64,000 nucleotides of DNA from assembly GCA_002862545.1 (NCBI GenBank), contig PKDJ01000181.1:115-64114 (forward strand). The letters are read 5' to 3'. Shown in pieces: positions 24,880-33,582 of the stretch (the stretch's first letter is position 1; each line of letters begins with the position of its first letter). The notes under the pieces were generated by a model, which did not search any database, had not been told where the DNA came from, and was given only the letters and a program-made list of their open reading frames with translations. A program made the translations under genes and the position numbers. The DNA is from Pseudomonadota bacterium (GTDB lineage Bacteria > Myxococcota_A > UBA796 > GCA-2862545).

Positions 24880-27238
24880 GCTCGAGCTGTGGCAGGAGGA
24901 CGACGAGCCGCTGACCGTCGACCTCGCAGCGATTCGTGCGGGCAGCGAGGCACTGGATCGCAAGGTTCGACGACGCAACATCCTGGAGATCGGCGTGGGC
25001 GTCGTGATGCTGCCGCTCCTCGGGATGGCACTGGTCGACGTGGATGTTCCGCTGGCTCGCCTCGGGTTGCTGATCCTCGTCGCCGCGGTCGTGCTGGTGA
25101 TCGCCAAGCTCTGGACCGGTGGCCGTCACCCGCTGCCCGACCCGAGCGCTGATAGCGCCACCTGGCTGGCGGGGTCGCGCGCCTACCTCGAGCACCAGAT
25201 CCGACTGCTGCGCACGGTGCCCTTCTGGTACGCCGGCCCCATCGTGCTCGGCTGCTCCGTGTTCACCACCGGTCTCAGTGTGGATGGGGGCGAGCTCTCC
25301 TCGCTCCCGGCCTACCTGGCGGCGTACGTCCTCGTCGGACTCGGGGTCGTCGCGCTGAATGTGCGTGCGGCTCGGGCGCTGGAGCGGGAGCTGGCAGCGC
25401 TTCCTCCGGCAGAGCCGCGGGAGGACGCCGAGGAGCCGGAGGCTGGCCGGGGCGCCCGCGAGGAGGTCGCGGAGTCCGGGAGGCGGGTCCCCGACAAGTC
25501 GTGGCTGATCCTTCTCCTGATTCAGCTCCCGTACTGGGTTCTCGTCCTCGGAAGCAAGATTGGACTGCTCGCGAAGCACCTGCCTGGCCTCGGCCCGATC
25601 GCCTTCCTCGATGCACTGTGGCCGCAGCTCCTCGCGCTCACCGCCGTCGCGCTGATCGGGTACGTCGGGGTCGTCTCGAACCGACGCTTCCTCGTCGCGG
25701 GCGCCGTGGCGCAGGTCTTCCTGATCGTCCTGCTCTGCGTCATGCAGTCGCCGCTGCTGTACGGCATGGACCAGTCCGGCAGTGCCGTCCGGTGGACACT
25801 CGCGGCCTGGTGGCTCCAGTGGAACGAGGTGGCGGCCGACGGCAGCTGGTACATGACCCAGCGCTACATCGCCGTGGCCTGCGTCACGGGCTTGACCGTC
25901 TTCCTGGGGGCCATGGGGCCCAACCGCGCGCGGGCGCTCGGTGCAGCGGCACTCGCGGTCGTGTGCCTCCTGCTCTCCGCGGCGGGTCCGCTCGGGTCGA
26001 CGGTTCCGCGGTACCTGGCACAGGACGCGCTCGTCTACGTCTACCTGAGCGATCTCGACATCGAGGAGAAGTGGCAGCGGATGCGCGACCGGCCCGTGCA
26101 TCCGGGCATCCAGGAGCTTGGTCCACCGGAGCGGCCCCTGAACATCGCCGTGGTGTTCCTCGAGAGCGTCGGCCATGGCGCCACCTCCCTGGCGGCCGAC
26201 GGCCCACCGACGACGCCGTTTCTCGAAGAGCTGGCCGGCCGCTCTCTAGTGGCGGACGAGGCCTATGTGGTCGTGCCGTCCACCTACAAGGCCCACATCG
26301 CCGCCCTGTGCGGCGTCGAGCCCTACTTCACCGGCGACCGGGAGATCTACGACGCCCCGTTCGACTTCGACTGCCTGCCCGAGCTGCTCGGTGCCCACGG
26401 CTACGACACCGCCTACTTCACGAGCTCGAGCCGGGAGGCCCTCGGCTGGGCTCACCTGACGAAGCACATGGGCTACGCGACCTTCCTCGGTCACGAGGAC
26501 ATGGACACAACCGGGTTCGAGTGGGCCAACATGTGGGCCTACGAGGACGACATCATGCTGGCGCCCAGCCGGGCCTGGCTCGAGGAGCGCACAGGGCCCT
26601 TCCTCACCACCTACATGGCCTGCGCGCCCCACTACGAGTACCTCGCCACCACCCGCTACGGGCAGCGCGCCTACGTCGCCGACGAGCAGCACAATCGCTA
26701 CCTCAACGCGGTCCACTACACCGACCGCTTCGTCGAGAACCTCATCGATCAGTACGAGGCGCTCGGGCTGGCTGACGACACGATCTTCGTGATCGTGGGT
26801 GACCACGGTGAGGGCTTCGGGGAGCACGTGCCACGGCAGCACAACGCTGTGCCCTACGAGGAGGTCCTGCGGGTGCCACTGCTGCTCCACCTTCCCGGTG
26901 AGTGGCCCGAAGGGCACGTCGCCGACGGCCTCCGCAGCCAGCTCGACATCACCCCGACCCTGGCCTCCTTGCTTCAGAGCTCACTCGCGGCGGGCAGTGT
27001 TCAGGGCCAGAGCCTCCTCGGTTCCCCGCATGAGCGGCTCTACACCTCCTGTCTCTACACCCACACCTGTGGTGCGGTGCACACACCCGAGCGCAAGTTC
27101 GTCCACCACTTCGGCGACCGCACGGACGAGCTCTTCGACCTGTCGCAGGACCCTCGGGAGACGCGTCCTCTCGACGAGCGCGCGCGCTCCGAGCAGCTGC
27201 GAGGCGACTTCCTGGACTGGTACGCCGGCGGCCTCTAG
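24872..27238 (+). CDS. Polytopic membrane protein: N-terminal 4-TM module + LtaS/MdoB-like 5-TM region + extracytoplasmic sulfatase-fold (alkaline phosphatase superfamily) domain
   Basis: Start ATG 24872 overlaps the sigma stop by 8 nt (ATGGATGA). The catalytic domain shows NIAVVFLESVGH (metal-binding Glu), VVPSTYKAH (candidate Thr/Ser nucleophile) and VIVGDHGEGFGEH, as in the LTA-synthase/phosphoglycerol-transferase family. Confidence 0.8.
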   Translation: MDELELWQEDDEPLTVDLAAIRAGSEALDRKVRRRNILEIGVGVVMLPLLGMALVDVDVPLARLGLLILVAAVVLVIAKLWTGGRHPLPDPSADSATWLAGSRAYLEHQIRLLRTVPFWYAGPIVLGCSVFTTGLSVDGGELSSLPAYLAAYVLVGLGVVALNVRAARALERELAALPPAEPREDAEEPEAGRGAREEVAESGRRVPDKSWLILLLIQLPYWVLVLGSKIGLLAKHLPGLGPIAFLDALWPQLLALTAVALIGYVGVVSNRRFLVAGAVAQVFLIVLLCVMQSPLLYGMDQSGSAVRWTLAAWWLQWNEVAADGSWYMTQRYIAVACVTGLTVFLGAMGPNRARALGAAALAVVCLLLSAAGPLGSTVPRYLAQDALVYVYLSDLDIEEKWQRMRDRPVHPGIQELGPPERPLNIAVVFLESVGHGATSLAADGPPTTPFLEELAGRSLVADEAYVVVPSTYKAHIAALCGVEPYFTGDREIYDAPFDFDCLPELLGAHGYDTAYFTSSSREALGWAHLTKHMGYATFLGHEDMDTTGFEWANMWAYEDDIMLAPSRAWLEERTGPFLTTYMACAPHYEYLATTRYGQRAYVADEQHNRYLNAVHYTDRFVENLIDQYEALGLADDTIFVIVGDHGEGFGEHVPRQHNAVPYEEVLRVPLLLHLPGEWPEGHVADGLRSQLDITPTLASLLQSSLAAGSVQGQSLLGSPHERLYTSCLYTHTCGAVHTPERKFVHHFGDRTDELFDLSQDPRETRPLDERARSEQLRGDFLDWYAGGL

Positions 27239-27251
27239 GTCTCGTCGGTGG

Positions 27252-27839
27252 TCAGCCCTCGGGCACCTGGGCGGCGCGCTGCAGTGCGGTGAGGGCGTCG
27301 GGGCGCTCATGGGGGGCTCCAGGCGCGCGGGTCGCACGCAGCGTCCACAGGCGGCTCGCCAGCCAGGCCACGGTGTCTCGGGACTGGTGGGCCAGGCGGA
27401 GCCCCGTCACCTGACCGTCCTGGTGGACCACCCGCAGCGTGTCGTCACGCGTCGTGAAGCGCGTGGTCTCGGACCAGCTGATGCGCTGCCGGCCCAAGGA
27501 GAACCCGGTCGCGTCGGCGCGGATCACATGACTCTCGGTGTCGGCGACTGCGCGCAGCATCTGCAGGCCGCGGACGAGGGTGAGGGTCAGGCCGAGAGCG
27601 ATGAGGACGATGCACACCAGGCCCAGGAAGAGGCGCGCAGCCGGGCCGAGGAGGTCGGCGCTCGCCACAGCGAGGGTCGTCAGCCCGGCACAGCTGAAGA
27701 GGGCGAGGCCGTCACGCGCGAGCAGCGACGCGAGGGACCACGCCTTGGGGAGGCGAATGGTCTCACCGTCCATGTCGGTCTTCACCGTCACGCCGGTCGG
27801 TGGAGCCGATGCGCGCGTGTCGATGGCGTCGTCGGGCAT
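27252..27839 (-). CDS. Membrane protein, possible bacterial PH-like domain
   Basis: 195 aa. Two central TM helices followed by a soluble beta-rich tail (HVIRADATGFSLGRQRISWSETTRFTTRDDTLRVVHQDG). No firm family. Confidence 0.55.
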   Translation of the reverse strand: MPDDAIDTRASAPPTGVTVKTDMDGETIRLPKAWSLASLLARDGLALFSCAGLTTLAVASADLLGPAARLFLGLVCIVLIALGLTLTLVRGLQMLRAVADTESHVIRADATGFSLGRQRISWSETTRFTTRDDTLRVVHQDGQVTGLRLAHQSRDTVAWLASRLWTLRATRAPGAPHERPDALTALQRAAQVPEG

Positions 27840-27880
27840 GCAGCACGGTATCGTGACGCCCTGACCGCTGGGAGGACCGC

Positions 27881-28426
27881 TTGCAGTCCCTTCGAATCGA
27901 GCGCTGCGCAGCGCTGCCAGAGCCCCACTGGAGCCAGCTCGTCGAGCAGTCCCTGCTGTCGGGAACCGGCTATCGCTCCAGCCTCGACCTGCTGCCCGCG
28001 TCCCGGAGAGCCCGTGTCGAGGCGCGTCGAGCGTCTGCCCGAGAGGGCCGGGTACACCACTGCTTCGCCGCCTGGGAAGGGTCGTCCTTCGTCGGAGGGT
28101 CCGTCACGTGGGAGAACCGACCGGCACACCTGTACATGCAGATGTCGGCCGTCCTGCCCTCCCATCGCCGTCGCGGGGTCTACTCCACGTTGGTGCAGGA
28201 CGTCGTGGCCTGGGCGCGGGAGCAGGGCTTCGTCGAGATCTCCTCGCTCCACGTCGCGACCAACAACCCGGTGCTGATCGCGAAGCTCTCACTGGGCTTC
28301 CAGCTCACCGGAATGCGCCTGGACCCAGAGTTCGGCACGCTGGTGTCGCTGGCGCTGCCGCTGGACCCGTCCCGCGATGCGCTCCGCCGGTTCCGGTCGG
28401 GTGAGCGGCGTGAACCCCCTCAGTGA
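27881..28426 (+). CDS. GNAT-family N-acetyltransferase
   Basis: 181 aa with a TTG start and a GGGAGGA RBS. Acetyl-CoA-binding type segment VLPSHRRRGVYSTLVQDVVAWAREQGF. Confidence 0.7.
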   Translation: MQSLRIERCAALPEPHWSQLVEQSLLSGTGYRSSLDLLPASRRARVEARRASAREGRVHHCFAAWEGSSFVGGSVTWENRPAHLYMQMSAVLPSHRRRGVYSTLVQDVVAWAREQGFVEISSLHVATNNPVLIAKLSLGFQLTGMRLDPEFGTLVSLALPLDPSRDALRRFRSGERREPPQ

Positions 28427-28429
28427 GGC

Positions 28430-28906
28430 TCACTCTGCGCAGCGCGTGCAGGTGCGCTCGTAGTTCAGGCGCGTGTCGGAGACCCAGGCGCTGCTGTAGT
28501 CGACCTCCTCCCAGCCGTCCGGGCAGAGCTCGGGTGGGTCGCGGTGCCGCAGCTGCAGCACGTCGCAGTCGGTGGCCTCGCAGGCGCGCTGGTAGTTGAC
28601 GAACGTGTCGGAGGCCCACAGCTGGCCATCGCCCAGCTCAGTCCAGCCATCGGGGCACGGGGGGGCTCCGTCGCGATCCGTCAGGTAGACCACCTGGGTG
28701 GCCGCGACGGGCTCGGCCGGATCCATGGTGTCGAGGCGCTCTTCGAGGGCCCCGACGGCGACGAGGGCATCGTGGGCCTGGTCGGCGATACAGCTGATGT
28801 AGACGCGCAGGCTCCCCGAGTAGACACAGGGCTCGGCCGCATGGGCTGCCGGGCCGAACAGTCCGCTGAGCAGCAGCCAGAGCCCTACGGGAAGGGTTCG
28901 TGCCAT
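28430..28906 (-). CDS. Small secreted protein with duplicated CPDGW module
   Basis: 158 aa. Signal MARTLPVGLWLLLSGLFGPAAHA. Two repeats: PPCPDGWTELGDGQLWASDTFVNYQRACEA and ELCPDGWEEVDYSSAWVSDTRLNYERTCTR. Confidence 0.6.
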   Translation of the reverse strand: MARTLPVGLWLLLSGLFGPAAHAAEPCVYSGSLRVYISCIADQAHDALVAVGALEERLDTMDPAEPVAATQVVYLTDRDGAPPCPDGWTELGDGQLWASDTFVNYQRACEATDCDVLQLRHRDPPELCPDGWEEVDYSSAWVSDTRLNYERTCTRCAE

Positions 28907-28971
28907 CGAGACCTCCTCTCCGCAGCCTGGTGCTCGCGGTACGACAGTATAGGCGACGGAGCGAGCTCCGG

Positions 28972-30096
28972 TCAGCGCAGCGGCACGTCGAGGACGCTCT
29001 CCAGGTACCAGAGGATGAAGAGTACCTGCAGGTTGCAGCCGGAGCAGAAGAAGGTCTTGTCGCCCTCGTGCGCGGGACGTCCGTCGATCCAGTGGTGCAC
29101 GATCAGGCCGTCGTCGGGGCTGTAGAGGCGCTCGCGGATGCTCTGTAGCAGGCGGACCACCTCGTCGCGGTATGCGGCGTCGCCGGTGTGCTTGTAGAGC
29201 TCCATCAGGCCCATGATCAGGTAGTTCTGGCTCGACAGGGTGCTGTACTCGTCGGTCTGGGCGCCCTGGGAGACCTCGCTATAGGGCGAGCGGTAGAGCT
29301 CCATGCGCTCGTCCCACAAGGGCTGAATGCCCTCGAAGGTCTGCTCGGCCTGCCGGAGGTAGTGCGCATCCCCCGTGTGTTCGTACAGGCGGCAGAGCAC
29401 CAGCATCATGATGGCGTTCGGGTAGAGGTGGAGCCGCTCGACATCCGGCGCGAAGCGGTAGTGGTTGTCCTCGCGTGCCACGGTGTCGATGGTCTCGGTG
29501 ATCGCGGCAGCGCGGCTCAGCCACTCATCGCTGCGCTCGGCGTCGAGGTAGTGCGCATGCTGCAGGTAGATCACCGCGACGCCGCCGGTGACCGATGTCG
29601 GGCCATAGAGGTTGGAGGCAAACTCTCCGAGCTCGACCTCCATGTAGTCGCCAGCGAGGCGCACGATGGGGTCGAGCACGTCGATCAGGGCGTCGATGTC
29701 GGCGACGGCCTCGCTGGAGTCGGTCAAGCCGGCCCAGGTGATGGCCCCCTGGACAGCCATGAAGACCTCCTCGAGGTTTGCCGCGAGCCAGGCCAGATCC
29801 TCCGTGCCCTGTCGGACGACGTCGAGGTCTCGTTGCGCGGCCTCGTCCGCACGCGCGAGGTCGTCGGGTTGCTCCTCGGAGAGCCCGACGTGGGTGTAGT
29901 AGGTGGGGCCGAAGGCGGCAGCGTCGCCGTAGTCTTCCGTCCAGTCACCCTCGGCGTAGCCGAAGGCCTCGGCGTCGCTTCGCAGTGCTGTGTAGAAGTC
30001 GCCGAGTCCCTCGGTGGAGACGCGCATGGAGTCGGGCTCGGCGGCGGCACAGGCGCCGAGCATCACGGTCAGCAGGATGGACGCTCGTGTGTTCAT
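28972..30096 (-). CDS. Lipoprotein, (alpha/alpha)6-barrel-like (six-hairpin glycosidase / N-acylglucosamine-epimerase-like)
   Basis: Start taken at ATG 30096 (MNTRASILLTVMLGAC lipobox). Repeated helical pairs with Y..TGD..Y motifs (LYEHTGDAHYLRQAE; LYKHTGDAAYRDEV). The fold call is tentative. Confidence 0.55.
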   Translation of the reverse strand: MNTRASILLTVMLGACAAAEPDSMRVSTEGLGDFYTALRSDAEAFGYAEGDWTEDYGDAAAFGPTYYTHVGLSEEQPDDLARADEAAQRDLDVVRQGTEDLAWLAANLEEVFMAVQGAITWAGLTDSSEAVADIDALIDVLDPIVRLAGDYMEVELGEFASNLYGPTSVTGGVAVIYLQHAHYLDAERSDEWLSRAAAITETIDTVAREDNHYRFAPDVERLHLYPNAIMMLVLCRLYEHTGDAHYLRQAEQTFEGIQPLWDERMELYRSPYSEVSQGAQTDEYSTLSSQNYLIMGLMELYKHTGDAAYRDEVVRLLQSIRERLYSPDDGLIVHHWIDGRPAHEGDKTFFCSGCNLQVLFILWYLESVLDVPLR

Positions 30097-30323
30097 GCAG
30101 CCGTCGTATCGCACGTTGCCGGCGTCGTGCCCTCCGAACGATGCGACAGACATGCTCCAGAGTATTGTGTACATGACACATGATAGTCAGGAGTAGTCAA
30201 GGCCATGCAGGTCTCGCGTAGACTGGCTAGGTCGCCTACAGTCCTGGCGTGTTTCGTCGGTGAGTCACGCTCGCCGCTGCGTCGGGGCTTGTTGAGGGAT
30301 TGCTTGCTGATTGGAGGGCCGCG

Positions 30324-31538
30324 ATGGGTGAGAAAATCGTACTCATCGCCCCTGCGATTCGGCGCTACGACTGGGGCACGCAGGACGTGATCGCCGGCCT
30401 GCTCGGCGCAGCGGACCCCGAGAAGATTGCCGAGGCCTGGTTCGGTGCTCATCCACTCGCTCCGGCTCACGTCGAGGGCTGCGAGACGCCCCTGGATGCC
30501 TGGCTGGGAAGCGAGCAGCTTCCCTACCTGCTCAAGCTCTTGTCCGCCTCGCGGCCGCTGTCGATTCAGGTCCATCCCAACATCGAGCAGGCACGCGCAG
30601 GGTTCGCACGTGAGGAGGCCCTCGGCGTGCCTCGAGCCGCGCGCAATCGCAGCTATCGCGACGCATCGGACAAGCCCGAGCTGATGCTGGCCCTCACACC
30701 CTTCGAGGCGCTCGTGGGACTGCGGCCGCTGCCCGAGGTCGTGGCGCTGCTTGCAGGCCTCGGGGAGCTTCGAGCGCTGGCGCCGCAGCCCGAGGCCGAG
30801 CCCGCTGCGGTCCGGGCCTGGCTCGGTCGCTGGCTGTCTGCGAGGGAGGAGGAGCGGCGGACCATCCTCGCGGCGGTCGCGGATGCGCTCGACGCGCTCC
30901 CTGTTCCCGAGGCCAACCGCGACCTCTTTCGCGAGCTGCGTCTGACGGCGCACGACGCCGATCCCGGCCTGTTATTCGTGCTGCTGATGCGTCGGCTTGT
31001 CCTACAGCCTGGTGAGGCGATCTTCCTGCCGGCCGGGTGCGTCCATGCCTACGTGCGAGGGACGGGCATCGAGGTCATGGCCAGCTCCGACAACGTCGTG
31101 AGAGCTGGACTGACCAGCAAGCACATCGACACGGCGGAGTTCCTTCGGATCGCTGACCTCGAGAGTCCTGTGCCCGCCATTCTCCCCGGTCGTTCCACGG
31201 TCGATGGTCGAGAGCGCCTCTACGACACTCCTGCGCGTGCCTTCGAACTGTCCGTGCTCACGTTGACGTCGGGTCAGGGCATCGCGCGCCGCGCTTCCAG
31301 TCGAGAGACGCTGCTGAACATTGGAGAAGGCACGATCATTGGGCGGGGCGACGGCGGTGAGGTTCGGCTCGGCCGAGGTCAGGCATGTGTCGTGCCCGCA
31401 GGGGTCGAGCTGCGCTTGACAGCCGATCGCGACGCCACGTGCGTTCGGGTCACGGTTCCGTCTTCCCACGGGTCGTTCAGGTCAATATCGGCCGGCCAAG
31501 TTGACCAACCGGGGTCACTCGATGGAGCAGCCGCGTGA
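30324..31538 (+). CDS. manA: Mannose-6-phosphate isomerase, class I
   Basis: Start ATG 30324. YDWGT, AEAWFGAHP, LPYLLKLLSA..PLSIQVHPN, DKPELMLALTPFEAL and VHAYVRGTGIEVMASSDNVVRAGLTSKHID are the classic type-I PMI motifs. Confidence 0.9.
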   Translation: MGEKIVLIAPAIRRYDWGTQDVIAGLLGAADPEKIAEAWFGAHPLAPAHVEGCETPLDAWLGSEQLPYLLKLLSASRPLSIQVHPNIEQARAGFAREEALGVPRAARNRSYRDASDKPELMLALTPFEALVGLRPLPEVVALLAGLGELRALAPQPEAEPAAVRAWLGRWLSAREEERRTILAAVADALDALPVPEANRDLFRELRLTAHDADPGLLFVLLMRRLVLQPGEAIFLPAGCVHAYVRGTGIEVMASSDNVVRAGLTSKHIDTAEFLRIADLESPVPAILPGRSTVDGRERLYDTPARAFELSVLTLTSGQGIARRASSRETLLNIGEGTIIGRGDGGEVRLGRGQACVVPAGVELRLTADRDATCVRVTVPSSHGSFRSISAGQVDQPGSLDGAAA

Positions 31539-32710
31539 CGACCAACCGAAGCACGATCCCGGGAGTGGTCTTCTTCATGTCGTGGAGAGACATCAAGCAC
31601 CCGCGACACGGCGGCGCCGAGGTCTACACGCATCAGGTGTGCGAGCGCCTCGTGCGCAACGGCCTCACGGTCTGGCACTTCTCCGCCTCGTTCGAGGGCA
31701 GTGCCCGTGAGGAGATCATCGACGGTGTGCGCTACATCCGGCGCGGGAATCCGATCTCGGTGATCCCTCGCGCGATTCGGTTCTACCGCAAGCACCGTGA
31801 CCAGATCTCGCTCGTGGTCGAGCAGTGCAACACCCATCGGTTCTTTGGCCCGCTGTGGGCGCCGCCCGAGCGCCGCATCTTCTTCGTCCACCACCTCACC
31901 CGCACCCAGTGGTTCGAGCTGTGGCCGGCGGCACCGGCGGCGGCTGGCTACGCCGTCGAGGTCTTCGCCCTGTGGCTGAACAGGAAGGACCACACCATCA
32001 CGCCGTCTCCCTCGACGCGAAAGGACCTCGAGCGCATCCGCTACCGGCGCGTCATGGAGACGCCGCAGGGGATCGACATCGCGATCCGCGACCCGAGTGA
32101 GTTCGCGGAGAAGGAACCCGAGACCTTCATCTATGCGGGACGGGTGAACCCCTACAAGGGGGTACATCACGTGATCGAAGCGGTCGGCATGCTTCGCCGC
32201 AAGCGGCCCGGGGCGCGACTCTGGGTAGTCGGGCGCTACACCGACGAGACCTTCCACGAGTACCTCGAGCCAGCGATGGCGGCGCATGGACTCGACGCCA
32301 CCTTCGGCGAAGACGATGGCGGCGGGGCGGTGCACTTCTTCGGGTTCGTGTCCACGGAGCAGATGCACGACCTGATGGGGCGTGCCGTGGCTCTGCTGAT
32401 GGCCTCCTCCAGGGAGGGCTGGGGGTTGACCATCACCGAGTGCGCGGCCCTGGGAACACCCAGCATCGTGTGGCCGGCTCCGGGTGTGGTCGACGCCGTC
32501 GACTTCGGCCGTGCGGGCTACCTGTGCACGGCGCGCACCCTGCCGTGCATGGTCGCGGGAATGGAGCGTGCTCTCGACGACGCCGAGAGCTACGCGCGGG
32601 TGCGCAAGGCGGCGCACGAGTACTCGAAGGGCTTCACGCCCGATCGAGCCGCCGAGGCCTTTCAGTCGTGCTTGGAGCGGGTGTGGGAGAACGCATGCGC
32701 ATCGCAGTAG
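31535..32710 (+). CDS. Glycosyltransferase family 4 (GT-B)
   Basis: GTG start overlaps the manA stop (GTGA). GGAEVYTHQVCERLVRNG N-domain and the EX7E-type C-domain SSREGWGLTITECAALGTPSIV. Confidence 0.85.
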   Translation: MTTNRSTIPGVVFFMSWRDIKHPRHGGAEVYTHQVCERLVRNGLTVWHFSASFEGSAREEIIDGVRYIRRGNPISVIPRAIRFYRKHRDQISLVVEQCNTHRFFGPLWAPPERRIFFVHHLTRTQWFELWPAAPAAAGYAVEVFALWLNRKDHTITPSPSTRKDLERIRYRRVMETPQGIDIAIRDPSEFAEKEPETFIYAGRVNPYKGVHHVIEAVGMLRRKRPGARLWVVGRYTDETFHEYLEPAMAAHGLDATFGEDDGGGAVHFFGFVSTEQMHDLMGRAVALLMASSREGWGLTITECAALGTPSIVWPAPGVVDAVDFGRAGYLCTARTLPCMVAGMERALDDAESYARVRKAAHEYSKGFTPDRAAEAFQSCLERVWENACASQ

Positions 32711-33582
32711 CCATGAGCACCTTCAACGATGTCGACCGCACCTGCAGGGCGATCGACAGCGCGCTCCAGCAGGACATCGATGCCACCATCGAGGTCGTGG
32801 TCGCCGACGATGGCTCCGAGCAGGACGCGGTCGATGCTCTCGTCGCGGCCTACGGCGAGCATCCGCACGTGCATCTGCTCCTGTTGCCCCACCGTGAGCG
32901 GGGCTGGGCGCGACACAGTGCGATGGAGAAGGTCCTCGCACTCGAGCCGGACTACCTGCTCTTCATCGATGCCGACATGGTGCTTGACCTGTCGGCACTG
33001 TCCGTGTGTGTCGACACCGCGAACAGAGAGAGTGCGGGTGCCGTTGTTCTGCGAGAGCGCCCCTTCTCCTCGTCCACGAACTACGCGACGCGGGTGAAGG
33101 TCTTCGAGCGCATGGTGATCAACAACGCGGGTGCTCAGATGGGATCCGACGCCATCGATGCCGCCCGCTTCTGGACCTTGCAGGCCTACGAGGAGAGCGG
33201 TGGCCTCGACCCTCACGAGATCAGCTTCGAGGAGATCCAGCCCACCATCCGGTACAGGCGCCGAGGAGGCAGGGTGGTCCGGGCCGAGGGCCTGTTGCTC
33301 TCCCACGACGAGAAGCACGTGACCTGGGAGAACCTGTTCGGAAAGAAGTCCGAGTACTTCGCGGCGATGCACACCACGGCGTCCCGCGAGGAGCAAGGGG
33401 TCCTCGACATGGTGCGCCGCTGGTATCCCTTCCGGCGGGTGTACTACGAGCGGGCCAACCTGCGGGCCTACCGTGACAATCCTTCTCTCGCAGCGGGCAT
33501 GGTCGCCATGTACGGCGGACTCACTGCGCTCGCGGTGTCCAACCTGCTGCGGGAGCAGCTGCGCGAGCGGCGGGCGGGTTGA
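32695..33582 (+). CDS. Glycosyltransferase family 2 (GT-A)
   Basis: ATG 32695 overlaps the GT4 end by 16 nt. IAVAMSTFNDVDRTCRAIDSALQQ..IEVVVADDGS and LLFIDADMV (DxD) motifs. Hydrophobic C-terminal segment. Confidence 0.8.
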   Translation: MRIAVAMSTFNDVDRTCRAIDSALQQDIDATIEVVVADDGSEQDAVDALVAAYGEHPHVHLLLLPHRERGWARHSAMEKVLALEPDYLLFIDADMVLDLSALSVCVDTANRESAGAVVLRERPFSSSTNYATRVKVFERMVINNAGAQMGSDAIDAARFWTLQAYEESGGLDPHEISFEEIQPTIRYRRRGGRVVRAEGLLLSHDEKHVTWENLFGKKSEYFAAMHTTASREEQGVLDMVRRWYPFRRVYYERANLRAYRDNPSLAAGMVAMYGGLTALAVSNLLREQLRERRAG

